Below are positions 50,401 through 63,439 of a DNA stretch of 64,000 nucleotides, piece by piece. The stretch comes from Squalus acanthias. Lineage: Eukaryota. The position numbers and the translations under genes are program-made. The stretch spans positions 159,528,001 to 159,592,000 of the forward strand of contig CM059431.1 of the NCBI GenBank assembly GCA_030390025.1, given 5' to 3'. Below the pieces are notes generated by a model, which worked only from the letters and a program-made list of their open reading frames with translations, was not told the DNA's origin and did no database searches. Positions within the stretch are counted from its first letter, which is position 1, and each line of letters begins with the position of its first letter.

Positions 50401-52920
50401 AAACTGGCAATAAGAGATAGTGAAAGGTGTACAGGCAATGGAGTTTTTTACAATGTGTGCAGGTCTCCTTTTTTGCCCAGTATGTAAAAAGTCTAACAAG
50501 AGAGGGAGCACTGATGTATCTAGTAATGGGGAATGAACCAGAACAGATCAGAGAGGGAAGTGTAGAGGACCATCTAGGCAACAGCAATCACAACATAATA
50601 AGATTTAAAATAAAGATTCAGAAGGACATAAGACAAAGACAAAGTAGTAACTTGGGAAAAAGCTGATTTGAAGGGGATGAGAATGGAACGAGGGAAAATA
50701 AACTGTAAAATTTACTGACAAGCATAAAAATAGAATATCAGTGGAAAACATTTAAAACGGTGATCAATAGAGTCCAGGAGAAATATATCCCGCTAAAAAA
50801 CAAGAACAAATTAGACAGTAACGACACACCATGAATGAATAAATAAATAAGGACACAATTGAAACTAAAGAAAACGGCATACACTAAGTACAGAGACAAA
50901 AAATGAGAGGATGGCAAAAGGGAAGATGAAAATATGAAAAGGTTCGGAAATAAGTCAAAAAAACAACTAGAAAGACAACGAGATACAACGAAATAAAATT
51001 ATCAAGCAATATAAAAAGCAATAGTAATGTAGTCTACATACACATAAATAACCAATGAAAGCAGAAATATTCAATAAATTCGTCTCGGGTGGTGGCGCAA
51101 AGTGGGCGGTATCAGATCGGCCGCCCGATAGACACAGCACCTGATACTCAATTCTATTGCAGGCAATGGAACTGAATATCAGGCGCTGCGTATAACGGGC
51201 GGCCGATCCGATACCGCCCATCTTTCGCCACCACCCAAGACGAATTTTTAGGCCAGCGACTTTGCCTCATTAGTTACCAGAGATATTAACCTGGTGGACA
51301 TGACATTGATCAAAAAGGATATAAAGACATTTAAGATAGAAAGGGGGGAGATAATTAATAAACTAATCAAACTTAGGGAGCATAAACCGCTGGTCTGGAT
51401 GGATTGCATCCACACACATTAAAATAAGTTTCAGAAGAGCTAACAGAGGCACTACTACCTATGTTTGAAAATAATTAGTACAGGGGAATAGTGTCAGGGG
51501 ACTGGCGGACAGTTACTGTGATTCCGACATGTAAACAAGAAGATAGAACATGTCTCGGACATAGACCTATTATCTTAACGCCGGTGATAGTAAAGGTAAT
51601 GGAATCCTTATTAAAGAAGTAATAGAAAATCATCTAGAAACTGAAAATATAATAAAGAGTAGTCAGCACAGATTCCAAAAGGGAAGCTCACACTTGACCA
51701 ACGTTATGGAATTCTGTGAAGAAGTAAAAGAAAGGGTAGATAAGAGATATGCAGTAGATGTAATATATTTGGATTTCCAAAAAAGCCTTAGATAAGGTAC
51801 TGCAGAGTAGACTCATGAAAAATGTCAGAACATGGAGTCAGAGGACAAGTAGCAGAATGGATAGCAAGCTGGCTCTAAAATAGAAAACAGAGAGTAGGGG
51901 TTAAAGATAAATGCATAGAATGCTGGGAAGTGATGTTCCACAAGGATCAGTGCAGGGACGATTGTTGTTCACCACCTACGAAAATATTTGGACGCGGGAA
52001 TCGGAAGTAGAGTCTCAAAATTTACGGATGTCACCAAATTGGGAAAGGGGGTGAAGTTATACTGAGGATTAATGCGACAAAATACAGGAGCACATTAATA
52101 AACTTGCAGAATGGGTGTGTAATTGGTAAATTAACTTTAATATAGATAAATGTGAGGTGATATATTTTGATAGGAAGAATAAGCAGTACACATACTCCTT
52201 GGAAAATAAGTCGCTAAATGTGGTAGAGGAACAGACGGATCTACGGGTACGGATACACAAATCACAATAAATAGCGATGCGGATAATGAGGCCATAAAAG
52301 CAAACAAAGCACTGGGGTTACTTTCTAGTGAGATAGAATTTAAAAACAGAGCAGTTATGTTGAAATTGTATAGCACGTGGTTAGACCACAATTGAGGTAC
52401 TGTGAACAGTTCCGGTCTGCATATTATAAAAAGGTATAGAGACACTGGAGAAAGTGCTAAAAGATAAAATACAATTATACCAGAACTCACCTAGCAGAAA
52501 AGATTCAACAGGCTGGGGCCCTTTTCTCTAGAAAAGAGAAGACTGAGGAGTGACCTGATAGAAATCTTTAAGATTATAAAAGGGTTTGATAGAGGAGTAG
52601 TAGAGAAGATGTTTCCACTTACAGGCGAGAACTGAAATAAAGGCCATAATTATAAGATGGTCACTAATAAATTCAACAGGTAATTCAGGAAAAACGTATT
52701 TACCCAGAGAGCGGTTAGCATGTGGAACTCGCTACCTCATGGTGTAGTTGAGGAGAATAGTACAGCTGCATTTAAGGGGAAGCTAAATAACCACATGAGG
52801 AAGAAAGGAATAGAAGGATATGTTGATGGGATTAGATGAAGAAAGGATGAGGCTAAAGTGTGGAGCATAAACATCGGCATGGAGCTGATGGGCCTAAAGG
52901 CCTGTTTCTGTGCTGCAAAT
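47420..52920 (+). mobile_element. Old, near full-length CR1 (ORF1 + ORF2 remnants) with nested SINE (about 48525-48920), CR1 (about 49044-49600) and MITE
   Basis: ORF1 remnants (LRIFELECELETLRHIRE), endonuclease and RT remnants, all heavily decayed. Confidence 0.78.
51076..51254. mobile_element. Fully palindromic MITE (about 180 bp)
   Basis: AAATTCGTCTCGGGTGGTGGCG...CGCCACCACCCAAGACGAATTT; pairing extends almost to the centre. Confidence 0.85.
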
Positions 52921-52944
52921 ATTTGTAATACATTTTAAGTATAG

Positions 52945-55020
52945 GACAGCATTAGTACTAGATGAGCATAGTCACATTTAGTGTAAGTGTGGTGTACCAC
53001 TAGTACAGGAACAACATGTTTATCTCTCGTGTAAATGTAGGCTGCACCACTTGTACCAGATGAATATGGTAACTTCGAATGAAAGTGTAGGGTACTCCGA
53101 GTACGAGAGGAGCACGGTAACTCACTTTAAGTGTAGAGGTAATGCTGGTGACGGAGAAGCACGGTCAGCTCACGTATAAGTGTAGGCTACCACGAGTTTC
53201 GGAGAACTGCTAAATCTAGTGTCGAGTGCCACTCGTAAGGGAGAACTGTTACATCTAGTGTAGGGTACTATTTGTACCGGAGAACAGTTACATCTAGTGT
53301 AGGATACCACTAGAACCAGAGAACTGTTACATCTAGTGTAAGGGACAACTACTTCCAGAGAACTGTTACATATACTGTCGGGTACCACATGGACCAGAGA
53401 ACTGTTACATCTAGTGTAAGGTACCACGATTACCAGAGAACTGTTACATCTAGAGTAGGGTACCACTAGTACCGGATAACTGTTAACACTAGTGTAGGAT
53501 ACCACTAGTACCGGAGAACTGCTACATCTAGTATATGGCACCACTAGTACTGGAGAATAGTTACAACAAGTTTAGGGTACCACTAGTACCGGAGAACTGT
53601 TATATCTAGTGTAGGGTAGCACAAGTACCGGATAACTATTACATCTAGTTTATAATACAACTAGTACCAGAGAGCTGTTACATTTAGTGTAGGGTACCAG
53701 TAGTACCAGAGAACTGTTACATCTAGTGTAGGGTACCACTAGTACCGGAGAACTATTACATCTAGTGTAGGGTACAACTAGTACCAGAGAACTGTTACAT
53801 CTAGTGTATGGTACCACTAGTACCGGAGAACTGTTGCATCTAGTGCAGGGTACCACTAATACCGGAGAACTGCTACATCTAGTGCAGGGTATCACTAGTA
53901 CGGGAGAACTGTTATATCTAGAGTAGGGGACCACAAGACCTGGTGAACTGTTACATCTAGTGTCGGGTACCATTAGTACCGGAGAACAGTTACATCTAGT
54001 GTAGGATACCACTGGTTCCAGAGATCTGTTACATCTAGTGTAGGGTAACACTACTAACAGATAACTGTTACATCTAGAGTAGGGTACCACTAGTACCGGA
54101 TAATTGTTAACACTAGTGCAGGATACCACTAGTACCGGAGAACTGCTACATCATGTATGTGGCACCACTAGTAATGGAGAATAGTTAGATCAACATAGGG
54201 TACCACTAGTACCGGAAAACTGTTATAATTAGTGCAGGGTACCACAATAACCGGAGAACTATTATATCTAGTGTAGTGTACCACTAGAACCGCAGACCTG
54301 CTAGGTCTAGTGTAGGGTACCACTAGTACCGGAGAAATGTTACATCTAGTGCAGGGTGCCACTCGTACCAGAGAACTGTTACATCTAGTGTAGGGTACCA
54401 CTAGTACCGGAGAACTGTTACATCTCGTGCAGGTAAAACTAGTACCAGAGAACTGTTACAACTAGTGTGGGATACCACTCGTACCGGAGAACTGTTACAT
54501 CTAGTGTACGCTACCACTGGAACCTGAGACCTGTTACATCTACTGTCGGGACCAATAGTACTGCTGAACTCTTACATCTAGTGTAGGGTACCACTATTAC
54601 CGTGGAACTGCTACATCTAGTGTAGTGTACCACTAGTACCGGAGAACAGTTACATCTAGTGTAGGGTACCACAAGTACCAGATAACTTTTACATCTAGTG
54701 TAGGCTCCCACAAGTATCAAGAACTGTTACATCTAGTGCAGTGTACGACTAGTACCAGAGATTTGTTACATTTAATGTAGGGTACCACTAGTACCAGGGA
54801 ACTGCTACATCTAGTGTAGTGTAACACTAGTACCGGAGAACAGTTACATCTAGTGTCGGGTACTGCTATTACCGGAGAACTTTTACATCTAGTGTAGGGT
54901 ACAACTGGTACCAGTGAACTGCTACATCAAGTGTAGGATAGCACTAGAACCGGAAAACGTTTACATCGAGTGTAGGGTACGACTAGAACCGGAGAATTGT
55001 TACATCTAGTGTAGAGTACA
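52945..55020. repeat. Satellite array, mostly 39-bp unit
   Basis: Consensus CTAGTGTAGGGTACCACTAGTACCGGAGAACTGTTACAT; the first about 250 bp has longer units resembling the 49-mer. Confidence 0.95.
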
Positions 55021-55965
55021 CCTCGCTAAGGCCATCCCCAGGCCTCCACTACTCGCCTTCAAACAGCCACCTAACCTCAAACAGACCATCGTTCGCAGCA
55101 AATTACCCAGCATTCAGGAGAACAGCGACCACGACACCACACAACCCTGCCACGGCAACCTCTGCAAGACATGCCAGATCATCAACACAGATACCATCAT
55201 CAAACGTGAGGAGACCACCCACCAGGTTATTGGCACATACTCATGTGACTCGGCCAACGTTGTCTACCTCATAAGTTGCAGGAAAGGATGCCCCGGAGCA
55301 TGGTACATCGGCGAGACCATGCAGACACTGCGACAACTTATCAACAGACACCACACAACAATCGCCAGGCAGGAGTGTTCCCTCCCAATCGGGGAACACT
55401 TCAGCAGTAAAGGACATTCAGCCTCCGATCTTCGGGTAAGCATTCTCCAAGGCGGCCTTCGAGACACACGACAACGCAAAATCGTCGAGCAGAAACTGAT
55501 AGACAAGTTCCGCACCCATGAGGACGGCCTCAAACCGGGATCTTGGGTTCATGTCACGCTACATGTAACCCCACCTGAGGTAGAGTCATCCAGACTCGAG
55601 TCGTCATTGCCTTGTTCTCTCTACACAGATGCGGACGGACCTGCTGCGATTTTCAGCAAAAAAAGTTTTTTGTTTTCCATACAGACCCCAGCATCTGCCA
55701 CATTGTCTTTGATGTAATGTTTTCCTGGCTGACCTGTTTGGACACGATCCACACCCTTGATTGCCGTGATTATCTATCTGCCGAGGTGTGATAAAGGGCA
55801 GTTAGAAAGATTAACGGTAATCATTTGGCAGTTTTCTCTAACTATATATGCTGTGCCTGTATGAATCTCTTCACTTCACCTGACGAAGGAGCAGCGCTCC
55901 GAAAGATTGTGATTTCAAATAAAGCTGTTGGACTATAACCTGGTGTTGTGCGACTTCTCACATTT
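55021..55965 (+). mobile_element. 5'-truncated Penelope-like element: Cys-rich linker, GIY-YIG endonuclease and pseudo-LTR
   Basis: Frame from 55022: PLLAFKQPPNL...CHGNLCKTC...NVVYLISC...WYIGET...HF...EQKLI...GL; frameshift near 55533. Confidence 0.92.
55876..55912 (+). ncRNA. Minimal hammerhead ribozyme motif in the Penelope pseudo-LTR
   Basis: tcac-CTGACGA-a-ggagc-agc-gctcc-GAAA-ga-TT-gtga. Confidence 0.78.
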
Positions 55966-58262
55966 AACCGTGTAGTAAAGGGGCATTTAGGGAAGAGTAT
56001 CCATAATATGATGGAATTGTATACTGATTTGGAAAGTGATTTAATTAAATCCGAAACTAGGGTCTTAAATCGAAACAAATCAAACTACGTAGATATGAGG
56101 GGCGAGTTGGCAAGGTAGACAGGGAAGCTACATTAAAAGGCATGATAATAGACAAGCAATGGCTACCATTTAAAGAATTAATACATAATTTACTACAAAT
56201 AAACCTTGCTTTATGGCATAAAAACCCTACAGGAAATGTGATCCAAACGCGGTTAACAAGAGAAGTTAAAGTTAGTATTAGATCAAAGGAAGAGGCTTCT
56301 AATCTTGTCCAAAAGTGTGGTAAGTCTGAGGATTGGAAGGATTTTAAAATTAAGCAAAGGAGGTCCAACAAATTGATGAAGAAAGGGAAAATAGATTATG
56401 AGAGCAAACTCGCGTGAGACATAAAAATAGACTCTAGAAGCTAATGTAAAAAGGCAATGATTAGCGAAACTAAATGTCGGTTCCTTACAGGCTGAGACAG
56501 GAGAAATTATAATGGGGAATAAGGAAATGACAGAGAAATTAAACAAATACTTTGTGCCTGTCTACACAGAAGAAGATGCAAAAAACTTGCCAGAAATAAT
56601 GGAGAACCAAGCTCTAGCGAGAATGAGAAACTGAAAGACATTAGTATTAGTAAAAAATTAGAATTGGAGATATTAATGGTTCTGAAAGCCAATACATCCC
56701 CGGGACCTGATGGCCTCCATCCTGGTGTTTTGAAAGAATTGGCTATGGAGATAGTGGATGCATTGGTTGTCATTTTCCAAAATTCCATAGATTCTAGAAC
56801 GGATCCCGCGGATTGAAAGGTTGCAAATGTAACCCCACTATTTAAGAAAGGAGGGAGAAAGAAAACGGGGAACTACAGACCAGTTAGCCTAACATCAGTG
56901 GTGGAGAAAATGCTAGAATCTATTATTAAGAATGTAGTAACAGAACACTTAGAAAATAATAATAGGATTGGGCAGACTCAAAACGGACTTATGAAAGGGA
57001 AATCGTGTTTGACATATCTGTTGAGTTTTTGAGATTGTATCGAGCAGAATAGAAAAGGGGTTATCAGCTGATGTGGTGTATTTGAATTTTCAAAAGGCAT
57101 TCGATAAGGTGCCAGACAAGTGGTTATTAAACAAAATTAGGGCTCATGGGATTGGGGGTAATATACTAGCATGGATTGAGGATTGGTTACTGGATAGAAA
57201 ATAGAGAATAGGAGAAAACGGGTCATTTTCGGGTTGGCAGGCTGTAACTAGTGGGGAACCGCAACAATCAGTGCTTGAGCCTCAGCTATTCACTATCTAC
57301 AATGATTTGGATGAGGGGACCAAATGTAATATATCCACGTTTCCTGATAATAAAAAGCTGGGGGAGAATGTAAGTTGTGAGGAGGATGTAAGGAGGTTTC
57401 AAAAGGATATAGACAGGCTAAGTGAGAGTGCAAGAACATGGCAAATAGAATATAATGTGGAGAAAGGTGAAGTTATCCACTTTGGTCGGAAAAATACAAA
57501 GCAGAGTATTTTTTAAATGGAGAGAGATTGGGAAATGGTGTTCAAAGGGACCTGGGTGTCCTTGTACACGAATCACTGAAAGTTAACATGCAGGGACAGC
57601 AAGCAATTAGGAAAGCAAATGATATGTTGGCCTCTATCACAAGAGGATTGAAGTATAAGAGTAAAGACGTCTTACTGCAATTATATAGGGCCCTGGTGAG
57701 ACGACACCTGGAGTATTGTGTACAGTTTTGGTCTCATTACCTTAGGATGGATATACGTGCCATAGATGGAGTGCAACGAAGGTTCACCAGACTGGTTCCT
57801 GGGATGGGGGATTATCTGATGAGGAGAGATTGAGTAGACTAGGCCTATATTCTCTTCAGTTTATAATAATGAGAGGTGATCTCATTGAAACATACAAAAT
57901 TCTTACAGGGCTTGACACGGTAGATGCAGGGAGGATGTTTCCCCTGGCTGGTGAGTATAGAACCAAGGGTCAGAGTCTCAGAATAAGGGGTCGGCCATTT
58001 AGGACTGAGAGGAGGAGACATTTCTTCACTCAGAGGGTGGTGAATCTTTCGAATTCTCTATCTCAGAGGGCTGTGGATGCTCAGTGAATAAATATATTTC
58101 ACACAGAGATTGATAGATTTTTGAATATTAAGGGAATCAAGCGATATGGGGATAGTGCAGGAAAGTGGAGATGAGGTAGAAGATCAGCCATGATCTTATT
58201 GAATGGCAGAGCAGAATCGAGGAGATAAATCCCTTACTCCTGCTCCTATTTCTTATGTTCTT
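55966..58262 (+). mobile_element. CR1 LINE, decayed
   Basis: RT fragments and TTATGTTC tail. Confidence 0.92.
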
Positions 58263-58599
58263 ATATAATTCGATACGTTGCCTCAATTTCAGCGACACTC
58301 TTTTTGTTGAGGTTAGTAATTGGGTGGCCAATAGCAGGGTAGGAAGAGATCAGCAGTGCTGGAATCCTCCGGGAGTGTGACAGTCTCAAACTGGTTTTCA
58401 TTGCTAAAGACACATCGGAGGAGTGCAATCTAAAGAAAGAAAGAACTTGCATTTATATAGCGCCTTTCACAACCTCAGGTTGTCCCAAATGCTTTATATT
58501 CAATTAATCACTTGTTGAAGTGTAGTTACTGTTGTACTGTGCTCTACTGCACACCCACGGCACAGTGAGGCAAATTACTTCACGGGGGTGGGGGGCGCA

Positions 58600-61500
58600 G
58601 AAAAGTGTAGAAATGCAGTGGCATTGCTGATTCGATGGTCAAGCTGATAGACAGAAGTTTCTGCAACCGGCGGCGTGAGACTCGCATGGTGTGTTGCTTC
58701 CCTGGTGCCATGGTAAAGGATATAATTGAACGGGTGTAGATCATATTGCGACGGGAAGGGGAACAGCCAGCAGTCGTGGTCCATGTTGTAACCAAAAACG
58801 TAGGTAGAAATAGGGTTGTGAACCTACAGACAGATTTTGCAGGATCTAGGAACGATCTTAAAGAGCAGAACTTCAAAGTTAGTAAACTCTTCATTGCGCC
58901 CATTGCCACCTACCAGTGAGTATAGGAGCAGTAAAATGAGACAGGTTAACGCCTGGCTGGAGAAATGGTGCAAGAGGGAGAGCTTCAGTTTTCTGGTGCA
59001 TTGGACCAGTTCTGGTGCAGGATGCCCCTGTACAAGATGGACGGGTTGCACAGTAACAGGCAGGAGCCAATATCGTCTCAGGAAGGTTAACTAGCGTTGT
59101 GGGGTATGGTATCAACTAATTTAGCAGATAGAGGGGGCAACAAAAGGAAGGGCCAGTGAGGAGATACAAGGTTCATAGAGAACTGGGAGTGACAAACATC
59201 ATCAGAATAAAGAATAGCTCAGAAAAATCATTGTATCAGTGGGAGAGCATATTGGTGGTAGTGATCATAATTCAGTTAGATTTAGGGTAGTTATGGAAAA
59301 GGACAAGGTTAGATCAGGAATAAAAGTTCTCAATTGGTGAAAAGCTAATTTTACTAAGCTGAAATGTGATTTAGCCAAAATGGACTGGAGTTAGAATCTT
59401 GAATGTAAGTCAGTGTCAGAGCAGTGGGAAGCATTCAAGGAGGAGCTAGTGAGGGTTCAGAGCAAGTATGTTCCGTTAAAGAAAAAGTGTGGGACTAACC
59501 GATTTAGAGCTCCCTGGATGTCAAGGTGCATACAAGGTAGGATAAAGAAAAAAAGGGAAGCTTATGACCGATAACGTGGGCTCAACACTGCAGAAACCCT
59601 AGAGGAGCAGAGAAAGTGCAGGGGTGAAATTAAAAAGGAAATCAGGAAAGCAAAGAGAGGGCATGAAAAAATATTGGCAAGTAAAATCAAGGAAAACCCT
59701 AAGATGTTTAAGGGCAAGAGGATAACTAAAGTAAGAGTAGGGCCTATTAGGGGCCATAAAGGTAATGTGCGTGTGGATGCGGAAGATATGGGTATGGTTC
59801 CTAATGAATAATTTGCGTCTGATTTCACAAAAGAGAGGGACGGGGCAGACATTGCTATCAGGGAGGATGAGTGTGAAATATTAGATTAAATAAACATAGT
59901 GAAAGAGGAAGTATTAAGGGGTTTAGCATTTTTGTATGTGGATAAATCTGCAGTCCCGGATGAAATGTTAAGAGAAGTAAGAGAGGAAATAGTAGATTCT
60001 GACCATCATTTTCCAATCCTCTCTGGCTACAGGTTGTGGTGCCGAAGGACTGGAGGACTGCTGAAGTGGTATTATGTTTAAAAAGGGAGAAAGGGTTAGA
60101 CCAAGTAATTACAGGCCAGTCAGCCTAATCTCGGTGGTGGGAAAATTATTGGAAACAATTCTGAGAGACAGGATAAATCTTCATTTAGAAAGACACGGAT
60201 TAATCAGGGACAGTCAGCATGGATTTGTTAAGGGAAGGTCGTGTCTGACTAACCAGATTGAATTTTTTGAGGAGGTAAAAAGGAGGTTCGATGAGGGCAG
60301 TGCGTTTGATGCAATTTGGATTTTAGCAAGGCTTTTGATAAGGTCCCGCATGGCAGACTGGTCACGAAAATAAATGCCCATGGGATCCAAGGCAAAGTGA
60401 CAAGTTGGATCTAAAATTGTGTCAAAGGCAGGAAACGAATGGAAATGTTCGAAGGGTGTTTTTGTGACTGGAAGGTTGTTTCCAGTGGGGTTCGCAGAGC
60501 TCAGTATTGGGTCCTTTGCTTTTTGTTGTATTTTTCAATGATTTGGACTTGAATGTAGGAAGTATGATTAAGAAGTTTGCAGATGATACAAAAATTGGCC
60601 GTGTGGTTGATAATGAAGAAGAAAGCTGTGCACTGCAGGAAGATATCAAAGGACAGGTCAGGTGGGCAGAACAGTGGCAAATTAAATTCAATCAGAAGAA
60701 GTGTGAAGTAATGCATTTGGAAAGGGCTAACAAGGCAAAGGAATACACATTGGGCCAGAAATTCGGGTCTCCACGGGTGAGTAACCGCTGGGTACTCGCC
60801 CGCAGACCCAATGTAAGTGCCGTTTTCGGGCATGCACTGCGCATGCGCTGGAAACCGGAACTTCCGTTCCCTAGCAGTAAGGGCTTCGGAGGTCAAACGC
60901 GTGCACCGAAGAGGCAGCGCGCACGCAGCGAACTTCCTTTTTTTTACAGGTTTTGAAGTGAGGGTTAGTACGGAGAATTTGCGCGTGAAAAAACAGGTGC
61001 AAGGGCTGCTTTTAACAAAGTAAGTGTTGAATTCAGTGAAATTTAAACATTTTTTCTACAGGTTTATCTTTTTTAAATACTCTAAAGAAAGGTCAGTTTA
61101 TTTTTAGCCCGTTAAAAACTGTAATTAATGTTTTCAAAAATTTTAATTTTTGTTTACAATAGTTAATTTATGTAATTTATAGTTATTTTAAAAATTTGAT
61201 TTTTATTTAAATGTATTTGTTGTTTTAGTTAGGTTTTGCGGGGTGATCTCTATTCATAGATTTGACATGTCTTCCTGTCAAATCTATGAATGGAGATTCC
61301 CTGCTCCGATTGGCTCTCCATAGCCCACGTGATCCCAGGGGACGCTTCGAAATAACTGCGTCCCTGGGATACGCAAGCACTGCACGCCGGCAGCCGCAGG
61401 AGGCCCAGGACCGGAATCCCACGCGAGCCCACAGCACAACGGCAGGCGTGCTTGGTTAGTGAAGGTCGGGGGCTTGCACCCTCCGAAAGCCTCCGACCCG

Positions 61501-62160
61501 AATTTCTGGCCCCATAAATGGTAGGATACCGAGAAGTGTAGAGGAACAGAGGGACCTTGGAGTGCATGTCAACTAATCCCTGAAGGTAGCAGGGCAGGTT
61601 GATAAGAAGGTTAGGAAGGCATGTGGGACACTTGCCTTATTAGCCGAGGCATATGATATAAGAGCAGGGATGATATGCTTGAACTGTATAAATCATTAGT
61701 TAGGACACAGCTAGAATACTGCGTGTAGTTCTGGGTCACCACATTACAGGAAGAATGGGATTGCACTGGAGAGGGTGCAGAGGAGATTTACGAGGATATT
61801 GCCTGGGCTGGGGAATTTTAGCTATGAGGAAAGATTGGATAGACTGGGTTGTTTACTCTGGAACAGAGGAGGCCGAGGGGCGACTGAATTGAGGTGTATA
61901 AAATTATGAGGAGCCTAGATGAAGTGGATAGGAAGGACATATTTCCCTTAGCAGAAGGTTCAATAACCAGGGGGCATAGATTTAAAGTAATTGGTAGGCT
62001 GTTTAGTGGCGATTTGAGGAGAATTGATTTCACCCAGAGGGTGGTGGGGGTCTGGAACTCACTGCCTGAAAGGGTGGTAGACGCAGAAACCCTCATCACA
62101 TTTAAAAAGTAATTGGATATGCACTTGAAGTGCCGTAACCTAGAAAGCTATGGACCAAGA
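58600..62160 (+). mobile_element. CR1 LINE with an SGNH-esterase-like ORF1 remnant and ORF2 fragments, interrupted by a MITE
   Basis: DSMVK..D, VCCFPGA and PAVVVHV motifs; QHGFVKG and KFADD. Confidence 0.85.
60752..61512. mobile_element. Harbinger-type MITE
   Basis: TIRs GGGCCAGAAATTCGGGTC / GACCCGAATTTCTGGCCC; splits the CR1 sequence. Confidence 0.9.
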
Positions 62161-63439
62161 GAGAATTAAAGGATTCGAACAGGGATTCTAGGGAGAGAGG
62201 CACAAGAGCTTATTTAATAACACTTTTGAGGGCGTTAGATCACTTACACCAATATTAAATAGTGTTCATAACGCCGGAGATCCAATCCTCCTGGATCCTA
62301 CGTGATAGAATAGTGAATGATGTGGAGAGGTGAGAGACGACAAGGGTACAGCACCATGGACACAGTGACGGAGGATGTTATTCCCGACTCTGATCTGGGC
62401 AACTTGAAATACATTGGATCTACAGCACTGAAACTGGCCATTCGGACCAAGTGGTCTATGTTCGTATTTTCGCTCCACACGAGACTCCTCTCAATCTAAT
62501 TTCCTAATTCCACTCTGCCCCGCACCCCTCTATTCCTTTCTTCCTCATAGACGCATCAAGCCTCTTTATAAATTTGACAAAGCTGAGTGCTTTCATCAGG
62601 GTCGAAGAGAGAATTCGCTATCTATCACATAGAATCCTGTCCCATTACCTGGCCTCCAATTTCCACTCCCATAATGCTGCTCATCGTGTGGTGTCTGTCC
62701 TCCCTACTCGAACGCAGATAGAAGTTCTATTTCAATGGATGAACTTCCGACCTTCTCTGACTCTGCTCCTTATCCTTGCTCATTCCTCCTCATCACCATG
62801 ATGCTGCACCTCGGTAAACTCATCTGCAGGCAAAGATTAATGTTTTATATGTGTGCCGGTGCCCCACAAGCTCAGTCTCTCCAACAGTTCCTCAACACGT
62901 TCATTGCAGTGAATCAACTTGTCTAACCTTACGTTGTACAAGAGGCACAGTTTCCTCACGGGCTGTTTCAAGGCCACATGGGCCAATATTGAACCCACCA
63001 GAGCTGCTTCTTCTGCAGACAAACCGAGTACTGTTGCATCAGAAGCAGATCTGAGAGGTCCAATGTCCACTTCTACAAATTTGCAGTGTCTCAAACCTCC
63101 AGTGTTGTGCTGCGATCGCCACCTCATGCAGCTACTTTGACTATGCGAGGCTGCATCACTTAAAGTGAAAGACAATTCTTGCAATATTTCCTGATTGCCT
63201 CATAAAAACAGATGTCATTGAGGTAGTTGGCTGTTGAAGGCAGACAAACCCTGAAAGCAGGTTGAGCATTTTGAAATTCTCTCACTTTTTCCCAACTTTT
63301 TATACCTGTAGAATTGAACTCTGACATCTTTCTGGGGACCAAAAAATACTGTTGCTTAGAAAAAGATGTGGGGCCCGAACGGGTCATGAATCCGAATGAG
63401 GGCTCAATAAACGTTAGGGAACCTCTGATCTATAGCATG

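Noticed and set aside
53170..54720. ORFs of 13-aa repeats (VPYTRCNSSPVLV)
   Set aside because: A by-product of the 39-bp period being divisible by three; frequent stops and no splice or start context.
40800..55020. Regular 39-49 bp repeats as a CRISPR-like array
   Set aside because: Units are head-to-tail with no unique spacers, there are no cas genes, and the context is eukaryotic.
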